Positions 1 to 13,650 of a stretch of DNA of 64,000 nt are shown piece by piece (the stretch's first letter is position 1; every line of letters begins with the position of its first letter). The notes below the pieces were generated by a model. The model was given only the letters and a program-made list of their open reading frames with translations. It did not search any database and was not told where the DNA came from. The stretch is taken from positions 44,208,001 through 44,272,000 of the forward strand of contig NC_045696.1 in the NCBI RefSeq assembly GCF_009834535.1, in the 5' to 3' direction. Origin of the DNA: Camelus ferus (Eukaryota). Both the position numbers and the translations under genes were made by a program.

Positions 1-1050
1 TTCATGATGGTTGATATTGAAAATTCTACTCTTATTTTCCATATTCCTTAACAATTTCAATATTCTGTCTTATTTCCCTTCCTAATATTTCTTAACCCAA
101 TTTGTAGTTCATTCTTTTCTATGTTCTTTATTTTTGTTTATTTATTTTTGTTTTTGTTATATTTTGTTTATATTTGTTATTCAGTTCATCCAGTGAGTTA
201 TTTCAACAGTTACATCTTGGTGTTGCTATTTTCATTTTATTCCTCTTCATTATTTCTTGTTCATACTTTATGTTTCCAATGTCCTTTATCTTTCTAATAT
301 TTTTTAGTAAAATGCATTTTATAAAATAGCAATCTTTTTCTTTCATTTTCAGTTGTATTTGTAGATTCCTTCCTTCCTCATTTCATTTTTTTCTCTTCCC
401 TTTTTTTTTTTTTTCTCTTTTTTAACCTATGCTCCAAGATGGGTAGAGTTACCTTATTAGATCATCATACACATTTGTGCTGTTAGATTACTTGTTTATT
501 AATGTCTATGATAAAGGATGTTGATGGAAGTCTAGGTCTTAGTTTGTGTCCTTACGGATGAGGAAAGGTTTAGTGCTGCTAGTTTTATTCCTGTTCCCTG
601 CACTCCATCAAGTGCCCCCTGCTGGCTCTCTCAGCTTGCAGATACTAACAGGAGGACATTCTCTCTGTGGTATTTGCTCAGCGTATGAAGTGGGAGTGGT
701 TCCGGGACTAAGGAGTAGGACTGTAACTGTACCTACTGTTGCCATTGCTCTTCACTTAGAACAGCTTCCAGGGCCACCTGGGTATGACTTTATCCCGAGG
801 CCACCTTAGATTGGTACTGCTCTTATCTTGATAATCAGGAAAAGAGCTGATAATGATCTCTGCGAGATCAATGGGGATTTTTTTTTTTTTTTTTAATTAC
901 AAAAGACCTCCCTTTGTCCATCCCCTGTGTTGGGCCCTGGGCATTTTCTGCTCTAGGCATCTAGGTATATCTCTCAGTCCACAAATTTCTCACCATGACA
1001 CATCTGGCCACCCTGTGTCTCCACATGAGTTTCTCACAAATTTTAGGTGT
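1..1050 (-). mobile_element. Very old L1M/L1ME ORF1 and 5'-region fragment
   Basis: T-rich + strand; 'ttcagttcatccagtgagttatttcaacagtt' resembles antisense L1ME ORF1; heavily degraded, boundaries approximate. Confidence 0.45.
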
Positions 1051-1184
1051 TACTAATTACGGCTTTAAAATTCACCAAAATTCATGGCATCTCCAGGTTT
1101 ATATTATAATGTTTACTGAACTAGAATTTCCTAGGATATCTTTATTGTTTTATATTTATAACTTTCAAAAGTAATTTTCAAATA

Positions 1185-1300
1185 TTTGTCTCCCCACTAG
1201 ACTGTGAAACTCAGAAGTGAAATTTAATTATTTTGCATGGCCTACATCTAGCATTATGCTTAGGCCTCTTTAGGAATTTAATAAATATTTTTGAATGCAT
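1185..1300 (+). mobile_element. L2 3' end
   Basis: 'gtctccccactagactgtgaa...aataaatatttttgaatg' is a typical L2 terminus. Confidence 0.7.
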
Positions 1301-2516
1301 AATTTATCCATGTTTATATGGGAAAATGTTGCTAAAAGTGAAAAAGAATAAATTAAGGAAACAGTGTTTATAGGTTATTAATTGACATTTCTTAAGACTG
1401 TTCTACAACAAGAATATCTTTACACGAAGAAGGCAGATCCATACCCACTTCAATTACTTGGTCTTCCCTAAACATTTCTCACATTACTAACATACCCTAC
1501 AGAAATCTCTAAAATTATTCAGAAAATTTATAGTTTATGTTTTCTCTTTTTAAACAAACCAGATGTAGACTCCTCTGTAGCTTCAGAGTTAGCTTAACAG
1601 CAAATAATAGCATTTAACAAGAATTTCTGGAAACTTGTGCAAATTATAGGAACGATTAAATTTATAAAAATATGTGGGTAATTTAATTCATGGGGAAAGG
1701 TAATAGAAATTGCTACAATATAAATAAAGCAAGGGAATGGGGGGTTCAGTATACTCCTTACCCATACACATTAAAAAAAATTAAGAACATATAGGTATAT
1801 GAGTACTTTTGAAAATCTCCTAGATGTATTATTAGGTTTAAAAAAAAGAAAAAAGAAAACTCAAATAAATAATGTTTATGGTATAATATCGATAACTTTC
1901 CATTTTTCTACATTTTTGTACATGTGTGTTCGTATGTATTGAAAAAGTCTAGAAAAAAATATCGTAAACATTTATCAACACGTGCCTGGAAGGAATGGGA
2001 CTGTGAAAGAAAAGATGTGAGGACAGAGCTTTAAATAGGTATTTTCTATGTTTTCTTGTTTGGTTAAACATGTGGCAATGTATGCGTATTACTTAAAATT
2101 ACATAAAAATGTCTAGTTATATAGAGTCACAGAAAATGAAGAGGACAAAGATAAGGAAGTATTTAGTGCATGGAATTAGTAATGCTTGCCACGTCCATCT
2201 TCCCTCACCTCTGTTTGTTGCCTGGAGTTGCAAACCTATGCCAGGTAGCGTTTTGGAGAAGAAACGGCTATTATTTCACAGTCACAGTAAAATCGTCACA
2301 CCAACATTGCCTCATTCTTTGTGGAATTGAAAAAGGTCCCTTATTTTTCTCTGCCAGGGAATGGGATCTTTGCTATATTTAGAAGTGTTTGAAAATAAGG
2401 GTAGAAAGAAGGAAGAAGGTGGCAGGTTGGCAGGGTTTCTTCTTCTACTAAAAAAAAAAGGAGAAAAGCTCATGACTTAGGAACTAAAGGGAATCCTGCC
2501 CTTGCTTCTTTCCCAG

Positions 2517-2737
2517 GCTCTGCCTCCTCTGGGAAAATGGTTCTTTGGGAGAAACCCGAAGTGGCAGCTACCCAAGCTCACTGCTCTGTAGACGAAAGGG
2601 ATGGGCAAAGTGCCCTGGTAGAACTGCCCAGAGAACAAGATGGCTTAGAGAAAGAACTGTCCCCACCTCCATTCAGCAAAAGCACAAGCCCTCAGGGAAA
2701 TATTCCTCGTGGGAGAAATGCCAGGACTGAAAACTAG
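2517..2737 (+). CDS. Candidate terminal coding exon (phase 1) of an unidentified gene: (x)SASSGKMVLWEKPEVAATQAHCSVDERDGQSALVELPREQDGLEKELSPPPFSKSTSPQGNIPRGRNARTEN*
   Basis: Pyrimidine-rich acceptor 'cccttgcttctttcccag' (AG 2515-2516); open frame to TAG at 2735-2737; more GC-rich than flanks; no repeat similarity noticed; protein not recognised. Confidence 0.35.
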
Positions 2738-5324
2738 AAACCCCTGCTTAAGATTCCACTGAAAGTAATGTTCCATTCAAATATGTAAAAAATGGAAACG
2801 GCAAGTTTATTGGAATGTGAAGAAAGGAGAGAAAAACACTGAGGCAGGCAGATACAGAGTGACAGACAAGATCCATTAAGACTAGGTTTATAAAAACTTC
2901 CTGCAATGACTAACAGTATTGTAAGGAGCTACAGGCAACAAGAGAATTGTGATTCTTTAAAGAGAAAGAAAGATTCATGTTTTATGTTAGTGATGGTATT
3001 TCCTGGATATCTGAGTTTTTTTCCTTCTTTCACATTCCAACAAGAGATTTTCTGTTTCAATTTGTTTTCCATTTTGAGTCAGCTGTATTTGGAAACTAGC
3101 TACACTCTGATACATTATTGATTTATGTGATAGACCCATGAGACACCACTTATTATCATGGATTAGTAATTTTCTGAAAATTCTAATTTTCTAGAATGAT
3201 AATTGAATGACCTATGTAGTCCATGCTCCCCCATCTCCTGCCAAACACACACTCACAAACACATCCCACTCCACTCCTCTCTGTGGCCAAGTCACAGCTC
3301 TTTAAGGAAAAGGGGCATTCAGCTAGGATAGCATGAAATATTTAGTGGCTTGCTGATGGAAAATTTATTGGAGGGGGAGTTCTCGAAAAAAGAATCTAAA
3401 GTTCTATTTCTTTGGAACGGCAAGTGTTTATTTGAGTCCCCTTTTCTGCCCTAATAATGCCCAGTTTACTTTCAGCTATCATAGCTTTATTGCAAAATAT
3501 CCTAAAAGCGAAAGAGGGAAGCAAGTGAGAGAGATGCAGTTGGAGTGAATGCCTAATTCCTGGTGGGAGCTTATATCATCAAGAAAATCTGCCTGGCCTC
3601 TTCACTCAAAAGATAATGGAAAACATATACTGCATTTGAACTCTCTCGAGTCTGATACTAGGTTACGTCCTCTGACTTCAAAGAATTAGTTCACTCCTTT
3701 TATCTGACCACACATGAAGTGTCTGAGCCAGATGAGAAATCATTTTACGAGCAAAAGGCACTTTCCCAGGTGTTTACTCTGCAAAGCATATGAGAATAAA
3801 GTGCACAATTGTGGGGAAGTTAAGGTGCTTAGAACTTGCTGCTTATTTTTCTTCTCAGAATCTCAAGTTATTTCTCAAGCCTTAATAAGATTGTGGTGTT
3901 GCACCTGCCTAAAGAGCACAGAAAAAGAATAAATGACAGACTCAGATAAATAATAAATTGATGGCAGAAGTCGTGTATGATCCAGGAAGTGTTAGGCACC
4001 AGGCCACTGCACAAATCCAGAATCTGTCTTTTATTATTATACTCCAGTGACCACATACGGAAATGCTTAGGTCTGTGTGTAAGGCTCTGTAGTAACACTG
4101 GAAGTCCTTATCTTATTTAATTACCTTATCCAGCTTTGCACTCTGATATCTTCTGCTCAACTGAGCTTTTGTTTTTTGGGTTGCTGTGGGTTTTTTCTCT
4201 CTTTTTTTTTTTTTTTTTGGTTTGTTTGTTTTTTGTTTTAGTTTGGAGGGTTTTGTTTGTTTGTTTGTTTTTCAGAATCTGCTTGGGATTTACAGCCATA
4301 GCAAGAAATGGTACACGGAGAACAGTACTTAGAGTGATAAGAGTTTAAAGGGCAGTAGTTATAATTAGCAATGAGGTAATGACGTTGGGGAAAAAAAAAA
4401 TCAGAGAACCATATGAGCATGAATTTACCAGAATATGCTGTGCCCAAATGTTCTTTCAAATAATCACCAAAACTATAGCTCTGGAACTTTGCTTCTGAGA
4501 TTCAAATCATTTGCAATTATGCAAAACTAACTCACTGGAAAAAGACATTTACAGGGCAGAAAGATTGTTTGTGTTAGCATCATGCTAAGTGTGGAAAGGT
4601 CTGCAAAAGAGCTCCAGGGCCCACAATACCTCCTATTACCCATGGCTGTTGTTTGCCAACTGTCATAAGCTCTATTTCAGCCTTGAAATATAAATACCAT
4701 GGAATCTGTCATGGCTCCAGAATTTCTCCATAAAAGGGGCTTAAGAGCTACGAATGGCTTGGAATGGGGATTGCATGTGGTGATGAAAGATGTGGCTTGA
4801 AAGCGCACTAGCATCTCTTGATTTGTATGACACAAATCAGCAAATACAATATTAGTAAGAATAGGAAATACAAAAATAACTTTTAAAATACTATAGAAAG
4901 TGTTTTTCTGATTGACTAGCTGATGAAATAAACAAGCTCTAGTGACAAATTAAGTAATTTCTCCTTTGTCCACATTAAGCTGTGGAATCAATTAGTCTAA
5001 GGCCCTTACACAGTTTGGCAGTTGGTAAGTCAATTATTATTATTGTTATTATTCCCATTATTTTGCGATGCCTTGGGTCCTTCCACTGCATGCAAAGATA
5101 TTTCCTGTAGCTGCAAATTTTGTAAATTTGATTGTTAACAAAAGGGCCATTTCTGAACTCAGGATGCCTAATAAAATAGAATGTTGGTCATTCTGGTGGC
5201 CTCACAGTAATCATCACTCTCTTCCAAAACAAAAACTGAGACATACATTACAGTTACAGATAAACACAGTGGTGGCGGGAATCAGAGGACAGGCTCAGAG
5301 GGGAACATAGATCTTCCTGCCCCA

Positions 5325-5460
5325 TCTTATTATTTTACAGATAAGGAAAATAAAGAATAGATTAAGTAGATAGCAAAATTTTTAAAGCAAGTTAACAGCA
5401 GAGCTCAGATTGGAAGCCTGATCTGAGTCCTAATCCAGTGCTGGTCCTACCACACGACCC
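5325..5460 (-). mobile_element. MIR
   Basis: MIR core-like 'attttacagataaggaaaataaag...gcagagctcagattggaagcc'. Confidence 0.65.
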
Positions 5461-5824
5461 TAACATCCTGCTATTTCAAGAAGGCAAAGACTTTTAGGAA
5501 TTTCTCCCATATCCTGGTCTTATATTTAGCTTTAGAGATAGTACAGGGTGTACTTTGGCCTTCTTTTCTTTTTCTTTCTTTCTTTTTTTTTTTTTTGTAA
5601 AAGTAGAAAAGGTTTGCATTGATGTGCAAAATAGCCATTATTCTCACATATGTGAGATGATATCAAACTCAGATCTCTGTTTTATTCATGGCTGAGATCA
5701 AAAGAATAAAGTTCTTACAAAACCTCTTCACAAGAGGTAGTGCTTGTCCGAAAAACGATCACTTCTGCTCACTGACTGATCAGGTGGAGCGTCTCTGAGT
5801 GTGTGCTTCAGGGGAGGTGTATTT

Positions 5825-6035
5825 TCTTCCTGTTCTGAAACAAACGCTCTGGATTTGGCAGCTGTGTGGAATTTCAGGGGTTTTCCCAGTCGCAAAGTGA
5901 ATAGTGCCTTTCTTGGTAGACAGTGAGGAATTGCAGGTATTTTTGTGAATTTTCCCCCAATTTACTTAGTATTTTTCATGAGAAGATCTAAAAGAAAAAC
6001 TGAGGTGCCACAGAAATTGCCGTTGGCAATCACTT
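5825..6035. promoter_or_regulatory. Putative enhancer or promoter with NF-kB, ETS and IRF-like motif cluster
   Basis: GGGGTTTTCC (5877-5886), tGGAATTTCa (~5867-5876), GAATTTTCCC (5947-5956), cttcctg, gcaaagtgaa; motif matches only. Confidence 0.3.
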
Positions 6036-6469
6036 AATCAGTGTGCTTTGGTAGCACAGAAACACATAAACATTATAGAAAATATATATTTTAAATGCTC
6101 TATGTTCTTCCTGAGGGAAGAAATTTGGCAATTTAACTTAATTGATGCCCTGAGAGCAGAGCTGGAATGCAAAACGAAAGCCAAGGACCCCCCACCAACA
6201 AATCAACTCAGAAATGCATCTTATAAAAAAAACCTTTGAAATGGAAACAAAAAAATAATAATCTATAGAGACAGGTTATGCTATATACTTAGGAAGTAGG
6301 TAAAATTAGGCATAAAGAGGTATTTTTAACTTGTGACTTGGTGCTGAGCTGAGGTTTACTGAGTGGGTGCTCAGTAAACATTTGTTAAACTAAATGAATT
6401 TGCTGCAACAATGAGAATCTATGTAGATAGAAAAATAGGAAACTAGGTAGATGTCCACATGTGTCTTGA

Positions 6470-6690
6470 GTGCTCATTACTGTGTAAAAGGTTTTAATGC
6501 ACTATCTCATTGAAAATCCATTAGGCAAGTACTAATTATTAAACTAATTTTACAGCTGAAGAAATGAAGTTTCCAAGAAAATAAGTAACTTGCCAAAATT
6601 TCCCCAGATAGGGTGTGTTAAAACTGAAAAGCAACTCTAGGCCAGGTCTTTTAACTCTGACAACCAAAGATTTAACACCTAAACTGTACT
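6470..6690 (-). mobile_element. MIR
   Basis: 'ttttacagctgaagaaatgaagtt...aagtaacttgccaaa'. Confidence 0.65.
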
Positions 6691-7877
6691 GACTTCCTTT
6701 ATTCTCAATATTTAGGTAAACAATTTCAAATTCATGGTTTTGAGTTAGGAGTATCAAAGGAAAGAATGCTTGCTATTTCTATTTTAATAGCGTATGCAGA
6801 CAATTTTTCTTTGTTTTTATAAGCATATCTTCCAGGCATCTCACATTCAGATTTACCAGGGTTAAGGAATGAAAAAAAATAATAATCTAAGGAAGAGAAA
6901 GTTGTGCACAGTCAAACCAGTCTATGGTTCCTCAAATACATAAAACTGTGTAATTCATTATGTCTGACTACCCCATTATTAGGCATATTAAAAAGATGGA
7001 TAGTCCAAGTTAAGTGTCTGCTCCAGGGTATGTTGTCTCTTGTTCAGTCTCAAGCTAGCATGTCTACGGTGCACCAGTGATTCATAATATAGACCTTTAG
7101 AGAAGCTGAATGCAACTAAAACATGAAATTAGTTTTGGCATATTAAACTCTTCAGCTTCGGTAAATGCCCTTTCTGCAGGTGCCCTCCTGACGCCTTCGC
7201 TCTCTGCCGGACTTCCATCACGTAGTTTTATCTTCAGCTTTTGCAGGGATCATTTCCTTCTTAGAATAATGTGCTCTACAGTTTTGTAAATCATAGTAAG
7301 GTACTCTCTGGGTTATCTAGTGACTCTTACTGTTGCCTGGATTTAAACACAATTGTTTCTTTAGTGCATTAATACATGTTGACAAAATTTAAAGAACAAA
7401 TACCAAAAAAGAAAAAAAACAAACCCAAAACAGGGTTTTGACTATCTGTATTATAAGAAAATATGTAAAGTTTCTTTGGTCTTGAGAAACTTCTGGGAAT
7501 TTGCAAAAATTCTATCTAAGACTTACTGATTTCCAACTATGTGCAAAGCACTAAGGTGGACTCGAAACGTGTTTTGTTCTGCTTACAACTTTGATTTGTT
7601 TCTTTTCTCCCTTAGATATCAGAATTTAAAATAATTTATTATTAAAATATTTGAAATATATAGTAACACCTAGGGAAATCATTTTTAAATAATCTATTAT
7701 CTCATAGCTTAGAAATAATATTTATCATTTGATTGATATTCTCCCAGTTTTTTTTAACACACACGTTTATGTGTGGGCATGGTTGTATTTATGCCTAAAC
7801 GTGGATTATGCTTTATCTTGTTATTACTTAAATCATGTTTCTTCACTCACCTATATAGCGAGATCCATTTTTGCACA

Positions 7878-8410
7878 TTTATTAGTTGTCTACTGCTGCA
7901 TATGGAATTACTCCAGAATTTAGCAGCTTTAGACAACCCACATTTATTATCTCATGGTGTCTGTGGATCAGAAATCCGGGTAGGGCTAGCTGAATCCCAT
8001 TCAAGGCTGATCAAGGGCCATAGTCATATCAAGGTTCAATCAGAGTAGGATTCAATTTCAAGCTCTTTCAGTGGTTGTTGGCAGGACTCCATTCCTTATG
8101 AGTTGCCGTACTTAAGGCTTCAGTTTCTTGCTGCCGATTGATTGAAAGCCACCTTCAGTTCCTTAGCATGTGGGTCTCTTCCTAGGGCAGCTCAAAGCCT
8201 GCTAGCTTGTCATCCAAGCCATACAGTGAGAAGAGTCAGAGAAAGTGTGAGCAAGATAGAGGTCACAGTTTTCCAGCACCTGATTTCATGCCATCACTTT
8301 TGCAATATTCTACTCATTAGAAGCAAGTCACTATATCCAGCCCACACTCAAGCGGAATGGTTCAGAGGGGAGTGAATACAAACAGGTGGGGATCATTAGG
8401 GCTGTTTTAA
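7878..8410 (-). mobile_element. MaLR LTR (MLT1 family)
   Basis: 'attagttgtctactgctgcat...aattactccagaatttagcagctt...atttattatctcatggtgtctgtggatcagaaatcc' is an antisense MLT1 3' end; 'tcattagaagcaagtcact' internal motif. Confidence 0.8.
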
Positions 8411-8479
8411 TGCTTGGGCGTAATAAAATTATATTTTTCTGTTTATCTATCTACTTAGGCATCCATTATTATTTCTTTT

Positions 8480-8900
8480 TGATAGATTCTAACAAGGAGG
8501 ATCATTTGCTGAAAAGGAGTACAAATTTTAAGACTTTGAAACATTCTTCCAAATATCACAGCAGAATTATTTTGCTATAATACAATCCCATTAGCAATAT
8601 ATGAGAAAAAAAGCCCCATGTTCTCAAAGTCTCACACACTTACTATCATAGTTTTTGTTACTTAAATATTTTGTTAAAAAACAAGATCTCATGTTTTAAT
8701 TTTCACCTCTGATAACTTGTGAAACTTAGTGCTTTTTGATTTAAAGGTTTATCAGACCTTTAAGTTTCTTCCATTGTGAATTGCTTATATTCTTTATATA
8801 TTTTCCTATTGGATCACTGCTTATTGATTGAAAATAATTTATATTAAAATATTATACATCCTTGTATTTTATGCAGCATTAATACTGATACAAGATTTCT
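8480..8900 (-). mobile_element. Old L1M 3' fragment
   Basis: 'gatctcatgttttaattttcacctctgataacttgtgaa...ttccattgtgaattgcttat' resembles antisense L1. Confidence 0.55.
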
Positions 8901-10019
8901 CATTTGCACTTTAAGTAAATAAGTCTTCTTTTCTTTACTTAACATAGATACATTTTTTTCTCACTGAATCCCACTAGCATTCCAATGATACTGTTTCTTG
9001 TAACTACAACAAAACAAACAAAAAGCACATTTAGAACTGGAAGCATTCAGCACTTTTCAAGGCCCCTTTTAAGCAGAGAGGGTTAGAGAATTTTGCACTT
9101 AGAAGGCAGAATAGCCTGAAGGTGAGGAATTTATGGAAAGAGAGAGAAGAGTGGTTTGTACAAGTGCCATGTGATATGAAATGTTAGAAAGAGAGGAGAA
9201 GAAAGAGCAGTGATAATGCCGTCATTATTGTCACTCAAAATAAAACCTATAGTAGCAAGTCTACATTATTTAGTAAAGATTTTAGTGTGAGATCTGAATT
9301 TCTTTTTGATTCAGTAATGAATATGGAATGGCCAGAATAAATCTAATGCTTTTTCAGTTTAAAGGGAGATTTTCAATACCACCAATTTGTCTATCATATT
9401 TGTTACAAATACTGACTCAATTAAACTAGACATTGTTGAAGGATACTATTTATTCTTACAATTAGAGTTCTAATTAACCAATTTGGTTCTCGAATTGAAC
9501 TTCATTAATGGAATGTATTAGTAATTAACCAAACTGATCAACTCTTTCCTTTAAATATAGTAAACACATTAGTAAATACATGTCATTCTTCTTATTACTC
9601 CCACCGTGTGTGGAGAGCCTCTGCTCCTTCACACATGTCAGTTAGGCACAATTTAAGCACAGACAGACTGATACAATTCTCCCTGTTCTTATACTCCTAG
9701 GTCAGAAAAATCCCTGAGTTAAATCATTTATTTTTTACTCCACTCTTTAATTCAGATTAGGTTTATTGCCATTTTAAATTATGTTAGTACTGTTTAAAAT
9801 GATCTTTACTTAGGAATAAAACTATATGTCCAAACTTGTCTCCAAGGATATCCAATACACTTTGGCAGCTACTAAAGCAAAGAATTACAACCTAACCTGA
9901 AGCCAATATGACATATTCAGATAAAGAGGGCAGACTGAGCACACATTTCTATCTTTACTCCCTTCTGAACTGTAGGAGTGACTTCTGGTATAACTACACG
10001 ATGGAGTGCTAAACATCTT

Positions 10020-11540
10020 TCAAAAAGGAAGAAGGCTATTTTTTATAAACTACTATGGAATAATTTCTCGTATATAAAATTAGTGATTAAAAAGCAGAGG
10101 AAAAAGAAATGTGAATAGTATGACACAAGATAGGAGGGACTAAAAGTGCATACACATTTATTTTATTTAAAAAATAGAAAAATAAAACAAAACTAACAAA
10201 AATGACTAGCAGAAAGGATGGAGAAAACAGAATGGACAAATAAGTTAAATTCTTGATATATGTACCTAATTTGTAGGGTTGACTTTGGAATCACATATTT
10301 TATATAAATATAAAAAGCATTAAATTAAAAAAAATCCTTAAAACAAAATGAAATAAAAACACTGAGTAGCAAATTGGTGGCATAACAACACAGAGATATA
10401 TGTGTGTGTATATAAATTTATATGTGATTTTTATATATGAATACTTATATAGGAATTTAGCTATATATGAATGTATATTTATATATAATTTAAATATGAA
10501 TATATGATTGAATATATATCACTGAATTTATATATGTATATGATTGAATAAATATAGTATATAGGAGTTAATGTTGATAGGAGCCAAAATTTTCAGTTTA
10601 AGAGAACAGAGATACAAAGAAGAAAAATTGCTTTTAAATTAAGTAGAAGTTCAGGAATTCTAAATTTGAATTGGATGTCAGTAGGAACTCAAGGAGTACC
10701 AACTGACTCCCAGCGCAGATATGGATAGGTCTTCCAACTAAAAAAACTTAATAGCTGGCTTACAACTCACTTCCAAGAACTTATTTTACCTGTTCAGGTA
10801 TAAAAGCATCTATTTTTCAAGATTATTCATGATGGTATTATTTGTAACAGCAAAAGTTAAGAGAATAACAATTGTCCAATAACAGGGGTACTGTTGAAAT
10901 TAACGATGGCCACAACAACAAAAGCATGGTAATCTACATGAGTGCTTCTTAACAAGGGGTGATTTTACCCCTTAGGGGATATTTTGCAATGTTAGGGGAC
11001 TTTTTTTGGATGTCAGAACACAGGGTGAAGTGTTGCTGCTGGCCTCTAGTCAGTACAGGCCAGGCTGCTAAACTCTTACATTGCACAGCAATCCCCTCAT
11101 AATAAGTAATGATGTTTTACAAAATAACAATAATGCTGAAGATGGAAATTCTGACATACATGGAGTACTGTGCATCCATAATAAAGAATGAAAAGTGATC
11201 TCCTTGTATTAATATTGTGAGATCTACAGATTACAGTAAAAAGAAAAATTAAGGTATAGAACATTACATATAAAAACTAATGTTAAGTAGAATGTGGGAT
11301 AATAAGAATCCTTTCTTGAAATATCTACACATACAGAAACACAAACATATTTTTTCCCCAAGAAGTAACAGTGGAATGAAAATGTTGACTGCATATGGGG
11401 TGGGCGGAGGAGAACAGGGTGGAAAAGGCAGGATGGAGGAAAGAACTATCGGTGTGTATCATTTCACTTCCTGAGGAGTTTAGACTTCTGAATAAGGCAA
11501 ATGCAATATATGGTCAAAATTATTTAAATTTCAAAAAGGA
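10020..11540 (+). mobile_element. Old L1MC/ME 3' fragments, interrupted by an AT-rich tract and a MER20
   Basis: 'aaattggtggcataacaacacagaga', 'gtattatttgtaacagcaaaa...tgtccaataacagggg', 'tggagtactgtgcatccata'. Confidence 0.6.
10940..11153 (+). mobile_element. MER20 (hAT-Charlie)
   Basis: 'agtgcttcttaacaaggggtgattttacccc...ggcctctagt...ggccagg...aatgctgaagatggaaattctg'; degenerate 8-bp TSD atctacat/acatacat. Confidence 0.85.
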
Positions 11541-13080
11541 AATCAAAGACAATGTAGAATAAGATAGTCAAAATGAAATATTATTAGAGTAATTAAAAGA
11601 TAAAGTCAAGAAAATCAAGTAGTTGAACTGAAAATATGAACAATAGTATGGAAAGAGCAAGAAACTTATAGGATCATTCTATCTTTTTAATAAGAGTTCC
11701 ATAAAAAAATGAAGTAGAAAGAAATTTTAAAAATACATTCCTAAATATTTCCTTGAACTAAAGGGTTGAAGCTCTAAACAGAAAGGGCTTTCTGATTTTC
11801 TGTTACAATGAATGACAAAAGCTCACACCAAAGCCCATTGTTGCAAAATCCTTAACACCAGTGATAAAAATAAGAAGCATGGGCTTTGGGAGATTTATGG
11901 AAAAAGCAAAACAAAGAGTGCAGCCCTGTTGAAAGGATTAACTATCCAAAAAGGCTTGGGGCTGTAGAGAGCAATACCAGCTGCTAAATGTCATTAGACA
12001 TTTAAAACAAAGTATGAATATCGATACCCAGCCAAATTGTCAATCAAGTAAGAAAACGATACTTCCAACTAACAAGGTCCCAATAAATGTGTCACTAAAT
12101 ACACTCTTTCCTTGGTATCAGCTGAGGAAAGTATTCCATCAAAATGAAAACAAATAAAGAGATGGTTTGGCAGAGACAATAGAAGGTGTACCCCGAAACA
12201 GACTCATTTTTGTTCTGAACGTACAGAAGGGCATTTTTGAGCCTCTGGGGTACAGTTTGCTGAGGCCATGGGACCACGTCCTGGCCCATGGGTGTAGGCA
12301 GAAGTGGTACGTGCCACTCCAGGTCTAGCCCTCACTCCTCTTGCGGTTTCTCCACACTTACTCTCTCTTTTGGATTATCAGGCAGAAGATGCTGTGGAGG
12401 AATCTAGATGTCTGCAGAGCCACACAATGGAGTGAAGGGTTTCAGCAGGACTCTGGAGCTGAGCCCTTACACCTGCCCAAGTCACACAAGAAGTGAGTGT
12501 GAAACAGACATTTTACTATGTGAAGCTACTGAAAAAACATTGAGTGGTTTATTTTAGTAATTAGCATATCCTGGTTGATACACATTAGGTTTCAGACAAC
12601 ACGATCCTACACCTGGGAGAGGTGGAGGGAAGTCCAAGAATGAAAGTAGCTCAAAAGGCCAAAAAAGCAAACAATCCACCTAAACAATCCAGGAGGGGAG
12701 GTCTCTGGAGGGGAAGCAGTTAATGACAGGTTTACGTGGAAATTTGTTTTGAAAGGTTGTTGGAGAGAATGGGAAGAAAATTCAGAATTCTTTTCTTTTA
12801 ATGAGGAAATATTAACTTAAGGAAAAACATACAGAAGAGGAAAGAATCAGTCTATCACTGGGATCAGCAATGACTAACATGAATATAGTCATAAATTTGT
12901 GCCTGTGAATAGAAAGCCCATGGCTGATTTTTAAACCAGATAAATTTTTAAAAATTACATGTTCATCAGAAAAGCATATATAAATATCAAAAGAAACAGT
13001 CAAAATAATTCAGAGTGGCTGCCTGTAGGGAGCAGGTCTGTATGGTGAGGAGGTGATAGTCAGAGAGGTGTTGTTTAGAG
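11540..13080 (+). mobile_element. HAL1/L1ME ORF1-like fragment split by an MLT1 LTR
   Basis: A-rich ORF1-like remnants: 'taataagagttcca', 'cacaccaaagcccattgttgcaaaat', 'tacccagccaaattgtcaatcaag'. Confidence 0.5.
12205..12582 (+). mobile_element. MaLR LTR (old MLT1)
   Basis: 'gcagaagtggtacgtgccactccagg' and 3' end 'tactatgtgaagctactga...atcctggttgataca'; left boundary approximate. Confidence 0.7.
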
Positions 13081-13369
13081 CGTGTGTATATGTAAGTGTA
13101 CATGTATATGCGTCTATATGAATGTATGTATAAATATACATGCAATTTTTATTAATTATTACATTTATATTATGTAAATAAAATTACTTTTGGAAAGACA
13201 GAATCAGGTTTGAAGCGATACTTCTTTGACACTGTGAATTAAGAGCAGCCACTCTGTACTCACAATCCCGCCTAATTTATCGTTCAATCTTTCAACTGTG
13301 CACATCTGGATGCTATCTTTTATTGTCCTGTGAATATATTTTGCTTCGTTGCCCCTTTATTCACACCAA

Positions 13370-13650
13370 TAACTTTTCTTGGAATGCCCTCTTTTTCCTC
13401 TACTCTATTAAATTATATTTGTTTTCAAAATACAACTACGTTTCCAATTCCTACAAAAAAATTTCCCTAAGTCTTAAAAGCTGATATGCTTACTGTGATT
13501 TCCTATACATTTTTCCCATACATTTTGGCACTTTCTCATACAATTTTTGGAAATAATTTTATCATAAAATATTTATTACCCAATAAGAGTTTAAGTTCCA
13601 TGAGAGAAGAGACCATTATTGTCTCCCAGTAGACACTCAGTGAATGCTGG
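13370..13650 (+). mobile_element. L2 3' fragment
   Basis: 'ttcttggaatgccct...taagttccatgagagaagagacc...agtagacactcagtgaatgctggtt'. Confidence 0.55.
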
